From: Candidatus Buchananbacteria bacterium
GTDB taxonomy: Bacteria > Patescibacteriota > Patescibacteriia > Buchananbacterales > UBA6539
Direction: 5' to 3'
Length of the DNA stretch: 64,000 nucleotides
Assembly: GCA_041663485.1 (NCBI GenBank)
Contig: JBAYMO010000001.1
Location: 11,023-75,022 of the forward strand
The notes under the pieces are model-generated. The model searched no databases. It saw only the letters and a program-made list of their open reading frames with translations, and was not told the DNA's origin. This document shows, piece after piece, positions 20,148 to 29,828 of the stretch; the stretch's first letter is position 1; each line of letters starts with the position of its first letter. Made by a program: the position numbers and the translations under genes.

Positions 20148-21155
20148 TTATTTTATGGCCAAGATACTTCGCTTGTATGATTCCAAATTCTCTAAAGCAA
20201 TACCAGTGCCTTTGGCCACGCAAAATATTGGCTCGTCAGCAATGTAAGCCGGCACGCCAGTTGCCTGCATCACCAATTGATCAATATTTCTCAGCTGACT
20301 GGAACCACCGGACATAATAATCCCCTTGTCAATAACATCCGCGGATAACTCCGGCGGCGTTTTATGCAGTACATCTTTAACGGCCTGAATAATACCTTCC
20401 AACTCCGTTTGAATGGCGTCGGTAACATCATCGGAAGTTACCGTCACGGTTCGAGGCAAACCGGAAACCGTATCGCGACCCCGCACTTCCATCGACAATG
20501 GTTCTTCCATGTACATGGCTGAACCGATATCAATTTTTACGCGTTCAGCTGAACGTTCACCGATAGCCAAATTATATTTACGACGAATAAACTCAGCAAT
20601 AGCCAAATCAAAACGATTGCCTCCGATTTTTACCGAGGTGGAAGCCACAATGCCACCCAAAGAAATAACGGCCATTTCCGACGTGCCGCCGCCGATATCA
20701 ATAATCATGTGACCCGAGGGCGAACCAATCGGAATATCAGCGCCAATAGCGGCCACAATCGGCTCTTTAATAATATAGGCGGCCTTAGCTCCGGCCGCGA
20801 TGGTCGCGTCAATAACCGCGCGCCGCTCAGTAGAAGTAATACCGGCCGGTACAGCCACCATCACTTCTGGCCGAAATAATCTAATACCGCCCAAAGCCTT
20901 ATTAACAAAATATCTCAACATAGCCGCGGTGGTTTTGTAATCGGCGATAACTCCGTCTTTCATCGGCCGAACCGCGATAATGGTTTCCGGCGTGCGGCCA
21001 AGCATTTCTTTAGCTTCAACGCCAACCGCTAAAATCTTTTTATCAATCGCTGAAACCGCTACCACCGAAGGCTCATTAATAACAATTCCCCTCTTGGGCA
21101 CATAAACCAAAGAATTAGTCGTACCTAAATCAATTCCGATTTTCTTGATTAGCAT
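20148..21155 (-). CDS. Second MreB/Mbl-type actin homolog
   Basis: 335 aa; IGIDLGTTNSLVYV and DIGGGTSEMAVISLGG. Confidence 0.85.
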   Translation of the reverse strand: MLIKKIGIDLGTTNSLVYVPKRGIVINEPSVVAVSAIDKKILAVGVEAKEMLGRTPETIIAVRPMKDGVIADYKTTAAMLRYFVNKALGGIRLFRPEVMVAVPAGITSTERRAVIDATIAAGAKAAYIIKEPIVAAIGADIPIGSPSGHMIIDIGGGTSEMAVISLGGIVASTSVKIGGNRFDLAIAEFIRRKYNLAIGERSAERVKIDIGSAMYMEEPLSMEVRGRDTVSGLPRTVTVTSDDVTDAIQTELEGIIQAVKDVLHKTPPELSADVIDKGIIMSGGSSQLRNIDQLVMQATGVPAYIADEPIFCVAKGTGIALENLESYKRSILAIK

Positions 21156-21258
21156 ATATTACAAAAAAAATTCTTTAAAATAGCTTATATATTATAAGCT
21201 AAATTTAAAAATTTGTCTAGTTTTACCCTTAAAAATTATGGCCAAAATAAAATAAAAA

Positions 21259-22119
21259 TTAGCTCCGGCCAGGAGTTTTAATACCAAAATATTTCAAAAA
21301 ATATTTGATACCGGAAATAAGATGAATTCTGCCACCAAGTTTAAACACCCCCAAAATTCCTTCCCGCTCCGCCGAGAATCTGGTATGATAATGAACTAAA
21401 ACCACTTCGGGAAAATAAACTACTTGGCTTTTATTTTCCCAAAAACGCCGGCAGAGATCCAAATCCTCAAAATACATAAAGAATCTTTCGTCGAACAAAC
21501 CAACTTTAACCAAAATTGACTGACGAATTAATAGACAAGCGCCAAATAGCCAATCAACGGGAATGGTTTTATCATGTTCAATATCAATCATCAGATACTG
21601 ATTGACTGAATTTTGAGCAAAAGGCAGCTTACCGAAAATGGTTCGGCGATAAAGTGGCACAAAAGTATTGGGAAATCGCCGGCAGGAATATTGAATGGTG
21701 CCATCCGGATATATTAATTTTGGTCCGATCATGCCGACCGACTCATTGTGTTCCAAATAGTGATACATTTTCTCAATAACGCCAGAAACAATAGCGATAT
21801 CAGAATTCAAAATCATGACATATTTGCCTTTGGCAGCTTTAATGCCTAAATTGTTGCCATAAGCAAAGCCGCCATTAACTTTTGATTGCATAGTGACAAT
21901 GGGCGGCACGACTAGTTCTTTTCCGTTGGCCAACCTGAACCTCTGAATATATTCCCGTGAAAAAAGATTGTTTACCATTTCTAAACACCCGTCATCCGAA
22001 TCATTATCAACCACTATGATTTCGTAGTCTAGCTGAGGTTGGGACAAAACAACGCCCTTGAGACACTGTTTAATCAGCTCCTTTGATTTGTAATTCAATA
22101 AAATAATTGATATATCCAT
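21259..22119 (-). CDS. Glycosyltransferase family 2
   Basis: 286 aa; IIVVDNDSDDG, a DxD-type GT-A fold. Confidence 0.8.
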   Translation of the reverse strand: MDISIILLNYKSKELIKQCLKGVVLSQPQLDYEIIVVDNDSDDGCLEMVNNLFSREYIQRFRLANGKELVVPPIVTMQSKVNGGFAYGNNLGIKAAKGKYVMILNSDIAIVSGVIEKMYHYLEHNESVGMIGPKLIYPDGTIQYSCRRFPNTFVPLYRRTIFGKLPFAQNSVNQYLMIDIEHDKTIPVDWLFGACLLIRQSILVKVGLFDERFFMYFEDLDLCRRFWENKSQVVYFPEVVLVHYHTRFSAEREGILGVFKLGGRIHLISGIKYFLKYFGIKTPGRS

Positions 22120-22124
22120 ATCTT

Positions 22125-23141
22125 TTAATTAAACCATGACCTGATTTGGTTGGCGGTAATTTTTCGGTGTCGCATAATTATTTGTCGTTTAGACCAAGTC
22201 CGGGGCAATAATTTAAAAAACTTTACCAGACCCGACCACTGAAACGGCTCAAAAATTAGCGCCCCAAAGGTTATAATAAAATCACGACTTAAAAACCATG
22301 GTGAAGCCAGAAATAAATTAATCAAATCATCATTTTTTACCAACATCAAATGATGATTGCGTAAAGAATAAATACGCAAAATCTTTGATATCTTTTTTCT
22401 TTCCTTTATTACTTGACTCAACTTTGATTGATAAAAACCACGATGATGAAAACAAACGGCTTGATAATTATACCAACAGGTAAAGCCATAAAGCCGCAAG
22501 CGCCATGATAAATCAATGTCTTCTTTATACGCAACAAAATCTTGATCAAAAAACTCATGGTTGATTGAAACATCATCCAGAGCTGACTTGCGATATAAAA
22601 CACAGGCGCCAGTGACCCCAAAGACTTCTTCGGTTTTATCGTATTGGCCCGAATCAATCTCACCTTCACCGCGATCAACAACTCTTCGGCTTTTAAAAAT
22701 TTTTAAGCCCGTGGAGTCGATGATATTTGATTTAATTGTTTCTCTCATGGACTGATCATTACTATCAATGGCCTCGGTGCTAAATTTCAAAATTTTACCG
22801 CCAAAGGCTGCGCCTTGCGGTTGGCGATCAGCAAATTCTACAATTTTTTCTAAAAAATTTTCCGTTAAAACTACATCGGCATTCATCACTAAGACATATT
22901 CGCTTTTGGCAATCAAAATACCCTGATTGTTAGCTTTGGCGAAACCGAGATTGCGAAAATTTTGTAAAATTGAAACGGTGGGATAATTAGAACGAATAAA
23001 ATCGACTGTTTCGTCGTCTGAGCCGTTGTCGATAACCAAAATGGAAAAGTCGCGAAAAGATTGGCGCATCAAAGACTCCATGCAATCAAAAATATAACGC
23101 ATAGAATTCCAAGTGACAATTTGCACCGATACTTTTGCCAT
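22125..23141 (-). CDS. Glycosyltransferase family 2
   Basis: 338 aa; ILVIDNGSDDET. Confidence 0.8.
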   Translation of the reverse strand: MAKVSVQIVTWNSMRYIFDCMESLMRQSFRDFSILVIDNGSDDETVDFIRSNYPTVSILQNFRNLGFAKANNQGILIAKSEYVLVMNADVVLTENFLEKIVEFADRQPQGAAFGGKILKFSTEAIDSNDQSMRETIKSNIIDSTGLKIFKSRRVVDRGEGEIDSGQYDKTEEVFGVTGACVLYRKSALDDVSINHEFFDQDFVAYKEDIDLSWRLRLYGFTCWYNYQAVCFHHRGFYQSKLSQVIKERKKISKILRIYSLRNHHLMLVKNDDLINLFLASPWFLSRDFIITFGALIFEPFQWSGLVKFFKLLPRTWSKRQIIMRHRKITANQIRSWFN

Positions 23142-23156
23142 AATTTTTAAGTTAAT

Positions 23157-24650
23157 TTATTTTTTTTCGGTTACCCAAAAACCCAAGCGATACTTGCCGC
23201 CCAGCATTAACCGAGTTTGAGCATCAGCGGCCGGCAATGACCCAAAAAGAATTAAGGTTACCGGTACCAATAACCATTGCAAAAACATCAAGACATAATG
23301 GTGCCATTTAAAATGTCTGGGTTTGGGTGGCAGCATAATCGCGTATAAAAAAGCAATGACCACCATGCCAATCATAGAAAAACGCATTAAAAAAGCTAAA
23401 ACATGAGGCGTGTTCTGAAAAAGCGCTGTTTCCCGTTCCATGGGTCGGGCTAGCCACAGCGGCAAATAACCGGCGGAAATCATTATAATCGGCGCGGTGG
23501 CCCAAGAATATACACCTTCAGTCTGATTCCAAAGATATCGTATTTTTTTAAAAAATGGAATGTTTCTACCCTCCCCTGACTTAAACCAAAATTGCTTAAC
23601 CATCCAGGGAAAATGCTCCACGCCCCAGGCCCAGCGGCGCATTTGCTTGTACTGATTCTTCAAGCTGCGCCAAAAATTACCGATATCGACCGTGTTCATA
23701 TAAACCGGAATATACATCGGTACGGTTTGATAATCGCCTTGATACCGAACCAAACCCTGAAGAAAAATTCGCGAATCTTCAGTTACAATTGTATTGTCCC
23801 AATAGCCCACGTCAACTAACGCCCTGAAACTCATAGAATGGGAGGAAAAAGTAAACAATCTCTCTGGACGCGACAAATCAGTAAACAACCAAAAAGTGGT
23901 TGAGCTGGCCACCACCCTGACGATTGGATTAGACTCCCAGACGTTATTATTATAAATGGCGATCGGTTGAAAGCTACAACGGGTCGGGTTGGGCTGAGTT
24001 AAATAATGATAAGTCAAACAGGCAAAATATTGAGGATGAACACAGGTGTCAATGTCAAAATTTGAAACAATCACTTGGTCATAATCTAATCCCAATTCAT
24101 CAATCAATCGATGGGCGCAAATCGCGGCGTAATGAGTATTTGAACCTTTACCCGGCAATTCATGAGGAATATCAGACGGATGAACTGTAATCAAAAATTT
24201 AAAAAATTTGTCGGAAAATTTTTCTCTGATTTGCTCGGAAATTTTTAAAAAATTTTCTTGATCACGCGCCTCACCGGCTAAAACCACAATAAATTTTTTC
24301 AAATCATAATTTGATTCTATCAAAGCCTTAAAAGGTTTTTCCACAATACCAAAAGGTTCTTTATAGGTAGGCAAAAAAATTAAATGATGATACTGAGTAA
24401 AATCTTTGGGCAGGGATTTCACGCGACTGAACCAATCCACCTCCACGTCGCGTCTAAATCGGCGCCAAGAAGTCAAAAGATAAATGAGCATATACAAGAT
24501 CCGAAGCAGCCAATAAATATCAAACGCGATGATAAAATAAATAGCCCAAAGAGGTTTAATAAAGGAAAGCAAAATAATTCCAAGAAAAGTCAGCCAGACT
24601 AATAAACCCGGGATAGTTTCTAAAATTCTATATTTTGTCTGCTCAGTCAT
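23157..24650 (-). CDS. Processive membrane beta-glycosyltransferase (cellulose/chitin synthase-like GT2)
   Basis: 497 aa, multi-TM, with DID, TED and QMRRW (QxxRW) motifs. Confidence 0.6.
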   Translation of the reverse strand: MTEQTKYRILETIPGLLVWLTFLGIILLSFIKPLWAIYFIIAFDIYWLLRILYMLIYLLTSWRRFRRDVEVDWFSRVKSLPKDFTQYHHLIFLPTYKEPFGIVEKPFKALIESNYDLKKFIVVLAGEARDQENFLKISEQIREKFSDKFFKFLITVHPSDIPHELPGKGSNTHYAAICAHRLIDELGLDYDQVIVSNFDIDTCVHPQYFACLTYHYLTQPNPTRCSFQPIAIYNNNVWESNPIVRVVASSTTFWLFTDLSRPERLFTFSSHSMSFRALVDVGYWDNTIVTEDSRIFLQGLVRYQGDYQTVPMYIPVYMNTVDIGNFWRSLKNQYKQMRRWAWGVEHFPWMVKQFWFKSGEGRNIPFFKKIRYLWNQTEGVYSWATAPIIMISAGYLPLWLARPMERETALFQNTPHVLAFLMRFSMIGMVVIAFLYAIMLPPKPRHFKWHHYVLMFLQWLLVPVTLILFGSLPAADAQTRLMLGGKYRLGFWVTEKK

Positions 24651-24728
24651 GTTTATATTTAACCATAAAATTAATTTTTTTGCAACTAAAATAAAACAAT
24701 TTTTTTCACTTGTTTTAATAAAAAAATA

Positions 24729-26318
24729 TTAAATTAATGACCGGCCGGTCATTTCCGGCGACTGAGGAATTTCAAAAATGTTTAAGATGGTGGGCGAAAT
24801 ATCCGCTAGCATACCGGAGGGAGTTAAAATGCTTAAATCACCCTGCACACTATCCAAACCCGAAGTTAATGTTTGACCTTCCCAACGCGCGCCCACCGCG
24901 ATAAAAGGCACGGGGTTGGTGCTGTGCTCCTTGTCAATTTCACCGGTTTGCAAATTTATCAGCTCTTCGGCATTGCCATGGTCAGCCGTGATTAAACAAA
25001 CGCCATTCTGTCCCAACACCGCGTTCACCAATTCACCCAAACACCGATCAACCGTTTCAACCGCTTTAATCGTCGCTGGAATTACACCAGTATGACCAAC
25101 CATGTCAGGGTTGGCAAAATTAACTACGATAAAATCATATTTGGCTTGCTTAATGGCCGCAATTAATTTGGCGTTTAATTCCATGGCGCTCATTTCCGGT
25201 TTTAAATCATAAGTTGGCACCGACGGCGACGGCACCAATATTCTTTGTTCACCCTGAAATTCGTCTTCTTTGCCACCGTTAAAAAAGAAAGTAACGTGGG
25301 CGTATTTTTCCGTTTCCGCCGCGTGAAGCTGAGTCAAATTGTTATCCTGAATAATTTTGGCCAAAGGAGTTTGAATTAATTCTTTAGGGAAAACCACATC
25401 AACCGGCAAATCTTTATCATACTCGGTAAAAGTAATAAAAACTAAATTGGAATATTTTTTTACTTTGGGAAATTTATCAAAACCGGGCAAAGCAAAAGCG
25501 GCGGAAATTTGTCTAGCTCGATCAGCTCTAAAATTAAAAAATATTACAACGTCATTATCATCTATTGTTGCCACCGGTTTAGAATTTTCCATAATTACGG
25601 TCGGCAAAAATTCTTCGTCAAAAATATTTTTACTATATGCTTTTTGAATAGCATCAATCGGATCTTCGGATTTTAATTTACTTTTACCGCTGGCGATGGC
25701 CGTATAGGCGCTCTCAATTCTTTCCCAATGATTATCGCGATCCATAGCGTAAAACCGTCCAGACAAACTGGCAATTTTGCCCACACCCACGGCTTTAATT
25801 TTTGCCTGAAGCGCTTTAACGAAATCTAAACCACCATCTTTTTTGGTATCCCGGCCATCCAAAATTACATGGATGAATACGTCCTTAATGCCATTGGCGC
25901 GGCACATATCAAGCAAAGCATACAAATGATCTTGATGAGAGTGAACACCGCCATTACTAACCAGACCCAAAAGGTGAAGTCGGCTTTTGTTGGTTTTAAC
26001 TTGTTTGATGGCTTTTAGCCACACTGGATTTTCAGCTAAACTTTTATTTTCAATCGCCCGATTAATTTTTGGCAATGTTTGATAAATAATTTTTCCTGAA
26101 CCAAGGTTGAGATGTCCAACTTCGGAATTACCCATTTCGCCCCAAGACAAACCAACCGCTTCGCCAGAAGCTTGCAGGGTCATGACCGGATAAGTAGAAA
26201 CCAGATGTTCAAATACCGGTTTTCTGGCTAAAGTTATACCGTTGCCTTTTGATGGCGGCGCTACGCCCCAACCATCGAGAATGGCCAAGACGACAGGTTT
26301 TGGTCTGATTATTGGCAT
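24729..26318 (-). CDS. gpmI: 2,3-bisphosphoglycerate-independent phosphoglycerate mutase
   Basis: 529 aa; GNSEVGHLNLGSG and ADHGNAE motifs. Confidence 0.88.
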   Translation of the reverse strand: MPIIRPKPVVLAILDGWGVAPPSKGNGITLARKPVFEHLVSTYPVMTLQASGEAVGLSWGEMGNSEVGHLNLGSGKIIYQTLPKINRAIENKSLAENPVWLKAIKQVKTNKSRLHLLGLVSNGGVHSHQDHLYALLDMCRANGIKDVFIHVILDGRDTKKDGGLDFVKALQAKIKAVGVGKIASLSGRFYAMDRDNHWERIESAYTAIASGKSKLKSEDPIDAIQKAYSKNIFDEEFLPTVIMENSKPVATIDDNDVVIFFNFRADRARQISAAFALPGFDKFPKVKKYSNLVFITFTEYDKDLPVDVVFPKELIQTPLAKIIQDNNLTQLHAAETEKYAHVTFFFNGGKEDEFQGEQRILVPSPSVPTYDLKPEMSAMELNAKLIAAIKQAKYDFIVVNFANPDMVGHTGVIPATIKAVETVDRCLGELVNAVLGQNGVCLITADHGNAEELINLQTGEIDKEHSTNPVPFIAVGARWEGQTLTSGLDSVQGDLSILTPSGMLADISPTILNIFEIPQSPEMTGRSLI

Positions 26319-26387
26319 AAATAAATTAAAAACAAAAAATTAAGAAATTAAAACCGTTAATCTTGTTATTTTTAATTTCTTATTTTC

Positions 26388-27974
26388 TTAAAATAGTGAC
26401 CTACCTTTCATTTCTTTAGCTTTGGCTAAGTTCATCAGTTTTAGAATAGTTGGCCCTACGTCCCCTAATTTTCCCTGGTGTAGTTTGCGGTTAATCTTTT
26501 TTGGCTCAATTAAAATAAAGGGGACGGGATTGCTGGTATGCTCAGTATAGACTTCTCCGGTTTTTAAATCAATCATTTTCTCAGCATTGCCATGATCAGC
26601 GGTAATAATTAAGGTTCCATGTTTTTTTAAAACCGCTGGGACCAATTTGCCCAAACACTCATCAACATGTTCAATTGCTTTAATACAAGCTGGCAAATTA
26701 CCGGTATGACCAATCATGTCAGGCGAAGCCAGGTTAGCGCAAATGAATTCAAAACGTGATAAGCTAGAAATTACTTTGTTAGTAACTTTGGTCGTCGACA
26801 TGGCTGGCACTTTATCATAGCTATCAACATGAGGTGAAGCGATATTTATCCTCATTTCACCATTAACGGCATGATCATAACCACCATTAAAAAAGAATGT
26901 GATATGAGCGTATTTTTCCGTTTCCGCGATATAAATTTGTTTATTGCTCGGTAAAATTACCGGCAAAGTATTAAGTAAATCGGCTGAAGGATAAGCGGTC
27001 AAAATCGAATCTAAATCCGGGCCGAAATCGGTCATGGCTACAAAAACTATGTTTTTTAGAATCTTGGCACGTTTAGCAAGACCGGGATTTTTTTTCTCAA
27101 ATTCAACTTGCACGAATGGTTTAGCCAACTGACGGGCGCGGTCGCTGCGTAAGTTAAAGAAAATTATCGCGTCATCGTCGTCAATGCGTGGCACCATTTT
27201 CCCCTTACGCTTAATCACAAACGGCTTGATGAATTCATCAGTAATATTGGAATTATAGGAACGCGAAATACCTTCTTGAGGACTATTGGCCACTGCCACT
27301 TCTTTACCATCTACCATGGCGTTATAAGCTGAAATGGTTCTTGACCAAACCTTTTTGCGATCCATGGCATAAAACCTGCCGATAACCGTCGCAATCCACT
27401 CACCGGACTTTTTACCATTTTCTTTATTTTTCATCTGACGCATCAAAGCTTCAATTAATTTTAAGGAAGCATGCTGAGGTGAATCACGACCATCAGTAAA
27501 CAAATGAAGATAAACGTTAGGAATTTTTTTCAGCCGCGCCCAGGTCAGCAAAGCCAAAAGATGGTCCGGATCACTATGGGCGCTTTGGCCATCGGATAGC
27601 ATGCCCATTAAATGCAAATTGGATTTGTTTTCGATTACGTGCTTATAAGCCGCTTCAAAAGCCGGATTCTTAAAAAATTTTCCCGTGCTAATATCTTTAC
27701 CAATACTAACCGCGTCCTGATCAACCAGCCGGCCAGCACCTAAATTCATATGTCCTGCCTCGGAATTTCCGTGCTGTTTGGGCGGCAGACCAACATATTT
27801 ACCTGAAGCAAAAAGCTGCGTATGGGAATAGTTTTTCCACAAACGATCAAAGACCGGCTTTCGCGCTAGCTCAATGGCATTACCTTTATTTTTTGGCGCC
27901 AGTCCCCAGCCATCCAAAATCAATAAAACTACCGGCGGTTTTTTTTGATTAGCTTTATTTTTTAGTTTAGGCAC
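26388..27974 (-). CDS. Second, divergent iPGM-family phosphoglycerate mutase paralog
   Basis: 528 aa; GNSEAGHMNLGAG and ADHGNAE motifs, arranged in tandem with gpmI. Confidence 0.8.
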   Translation of the reverse strand: MPKLKNKANQKKPPVVLLILDGWGLAPKNKGNAIELARKPVFDRLWKNYSHTQLFASGKYVGLPPKQHGNSEAGHMNLGAGRLVDQDAVSIGKDISTGKFFKNPAFEAAYKHVIENKSNLHLMGMLSDGQSAHSDPDHLLALLTWARLKKIPNVYLHLFTDGRDSPQHASLKLIEALMRQMKNKENGKKSGEWIATVIGRFYAMDRKKVWSRTISAYNAMVDGKEVAVANSPQEGISRSYNSNITDEFIKPFVIKRKGKMVPRIDDDDAIIFFNLRSDRARQLAKPFVQVEFEKKNPGLAKRAKILKNIVFVAMTDFGPDLDSILTAYPSADLLNTLPVILPSNKQIYIAETEKYAHITFFFNGGYDHAVNGEMRINIASPHVDSYDKVPAMSTTKVTNKVISSLSRFEFICANLASPDMIGHTGNLPACIKAIEHVDECLGKLVPAVLKKHGTLIITADHGNAEKMIDLKTGEVYTEHTSNPVPFILIEPKKINRKLHQGKLGDVGPTILKLMNLAKAKEMKGRSLF

Positions 27975-28540
27975 ATGAAAACATTAAGAATAGCTTTAAT
28001 ATTTTTACCAGCTTCTTTTTTGCAATCACTCAAAGTCAATAACTTATTTTTATCTTTCATCTTTTTAATAACATATTGCACCGAATACTCCAAAGTAGCA
28101 CCACGTCGGCCCATTTCGTGCAATAATACTAAACATCCCGGCAAAGTTACAAACTTAAAACATTCGGCATTCTTGACCACTTCCGCAACTACTGATTTAG
28201 CTAAAACTTTATCATGATGCGCTTGAATTGAATTAATGATTACCTCTTGATCATCTTTTTCAATCCGCCATTTATTCAAATACGGTCTGACGAATTTAGC
28301 GCTTAAATTATAATGATTACTTTGCACTCGCCCGCCGATTTTCTCGTCAAAAACCGTATGAGCTAAATACAGAGAAATCTTGACTAAATTTTTATCTACC
28401 TTATATTTTTTGGCCAATTGCTCTCCTTTGCCCACCGCCAACTCAGTTAGTAACCAAGCCGGCGCGCCATTTTTCTTGGTTTGGCTAAACATCAACTGCT
28501 TGGCTTTTTCGATATTAGCTTCAGTTATCATAACAAACAC
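27962..28540 (-). CDS. HD-domain protein
   Basis: 192 aa; IQAHHDKV. Confidence 0.5.
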   Translation of the reverse strand: MFVMITEANIEKAKQLMFSQTKKNGAPAWLLTELAVGKGEQLAKKYKVDKNLVKISLYLAHTVFDEKIGGRVQSNHYNLSAKFVRPYLNKWRIEKDDQEVIINSIQAHHDKVLAKSVVAEVVKNAECFKFVTLPGCLVLLHEMGRRGATLEYSVQYVIKKMKDKNKLLTLSDCKKEAGKNIKAILNVFMCLN

Positions 28541-28549
28541 TTCAATTCT

Positions 28550-29806
28550 TTATTTTAATTCACTTTCAATTTCTAATAATCGATTATACTTTTCCACTCT
28601 TTCCGAACGCGACAAAGAACCGGTTTTAATAAATTCCGAATTAACCGCCACTGCCAAATCCGCGATCGTCGTATCACCGGTTTCACCTGAACGATGGGAA
28701 ATGGAAGTCTTATAATGATTTTTGTGCGCCAATTCAATCGCGTCAATGGTTTCTGACAAAGTACCGATTTGATTTAATTTAATTAAAATCGCGTTGGCCA
28801 CCTTTTCGTCTATCCCCCGTTTTAGTCTGGCTACGTTAGTCACAAACAAATCATCGCCAACCAAAGTAATTTTATCGCCAATTTCTTTCGTCAGTATTTG
28901 CCAATTTTGCCAATCATCCTCGGCCAGGCCGTCTTCGATGGAAATTATCGGATATTTTTCGATCCAAGATTTCTCCATCGCCACCATGGCTTGCGGTGAA
29001 ATAGTTTTTTTATCAGCCTTCAAATCATAATCTTTATTTTTTTCATCATAGAATTCCGTTGAAGCCGCATCAATGGCTAACATAACATCGGCTCCTGCTT
29101 GATATCCGGCCGCGGCAATGGCTTGCAAGATAAAATCAAAAGCTTTCTCGTTACCCGGCAGCTGCGGCGCGTATCCGCCCTCATCACCTTTTAAAGTAGG
29201 ATAATTGCTGGCTTTCAAAATCTTGCCCAAGGCGGCAAAGACTTCCGCGCCGCAGCGGACGCGTTCGGCAAGTTTTTTCTGTTGCGGCACAATCATAAAT
29301 TCCTGAATATCCAACGACCAATCCGCGTGCGCTCCGCCGTTTAATATATTCATGGTCGGATACGGCAAAATCCAATTCTTATACTTCAGCTTATAAGTCT
29401 GACGAATATATTGATACAATGGTTTTTTTGCCGAGGCAGCACTCGCTTTGGCCAAAGCCAAAGAAACGCCTAAAATCGCGTTAGCCCCCAGTTTGGATTT
29501 AGTTTCCGTGCCATCCAGCTTAATCATTTTTTCATCCAACATTCTTTGCTTACCAGTGTCTTGACCGACCAATTTTTTAGCAATAATTTTATTGACATTA
29601 CTAACCGCCTTTTGCACGCCTTTGCCGTTATACCGATTTTTATCATTATCGCGAAGCTCCAAGGCTTCGTGAGCGCCAGTAGAAGCGCCAGACGGCACAG
29701 AGGCTTTGGCCACAATGCCATTAGCTAAAGTCAAAATAACTTCCACGGTTGGATTACCGCGTGAGTCTAAAATTTCAAGAGCTTTAAGGGATTTTATTTT
29801 CGGCAT
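28550..29806 (-). CDS. eno: Enolase
   Basis: 418 aa; ALEILDSRGNPTVEV. Confidence 0.9.
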   Translation of the reverse strand: MPKIKSLKALEILDSRGNPTVEVILTLANGIVAKASVPSGASTGAHEALELRDNDKNRYNGKGVQKAVSNVNKIIAKKLVGQDTGKQRMLDEKMIKLDGTETKSKLGANAILGVSLALAKASAASAKKPLYQYIRQTYKLKYKNWILPYPTMNILNGGAHADWSLDIQEFMIVPQQKKLAERVRCGAEVFAALGKILKASNYPTLKGDEGGYAPQLPGNEKAFDFILQAIAAAGYQAGADVMLAIDAASTEFYDEKNKDYDLKADKKTISPQAMVAMEKSWIEKYPIISIEDGLAEDDWQNWQILTKEIGDKITLVGDDLFVTNVARLKRGIDEKVANAILIKLNQIGTLSETIDAIELAHKNHYKTSISHRSGETGDTTIADLAVAVNSEFIKTGSLSRSERVEKYNRLLEIESELK

Positions 29807-29828
29807 GATTGAATTAATTAAATATTTA

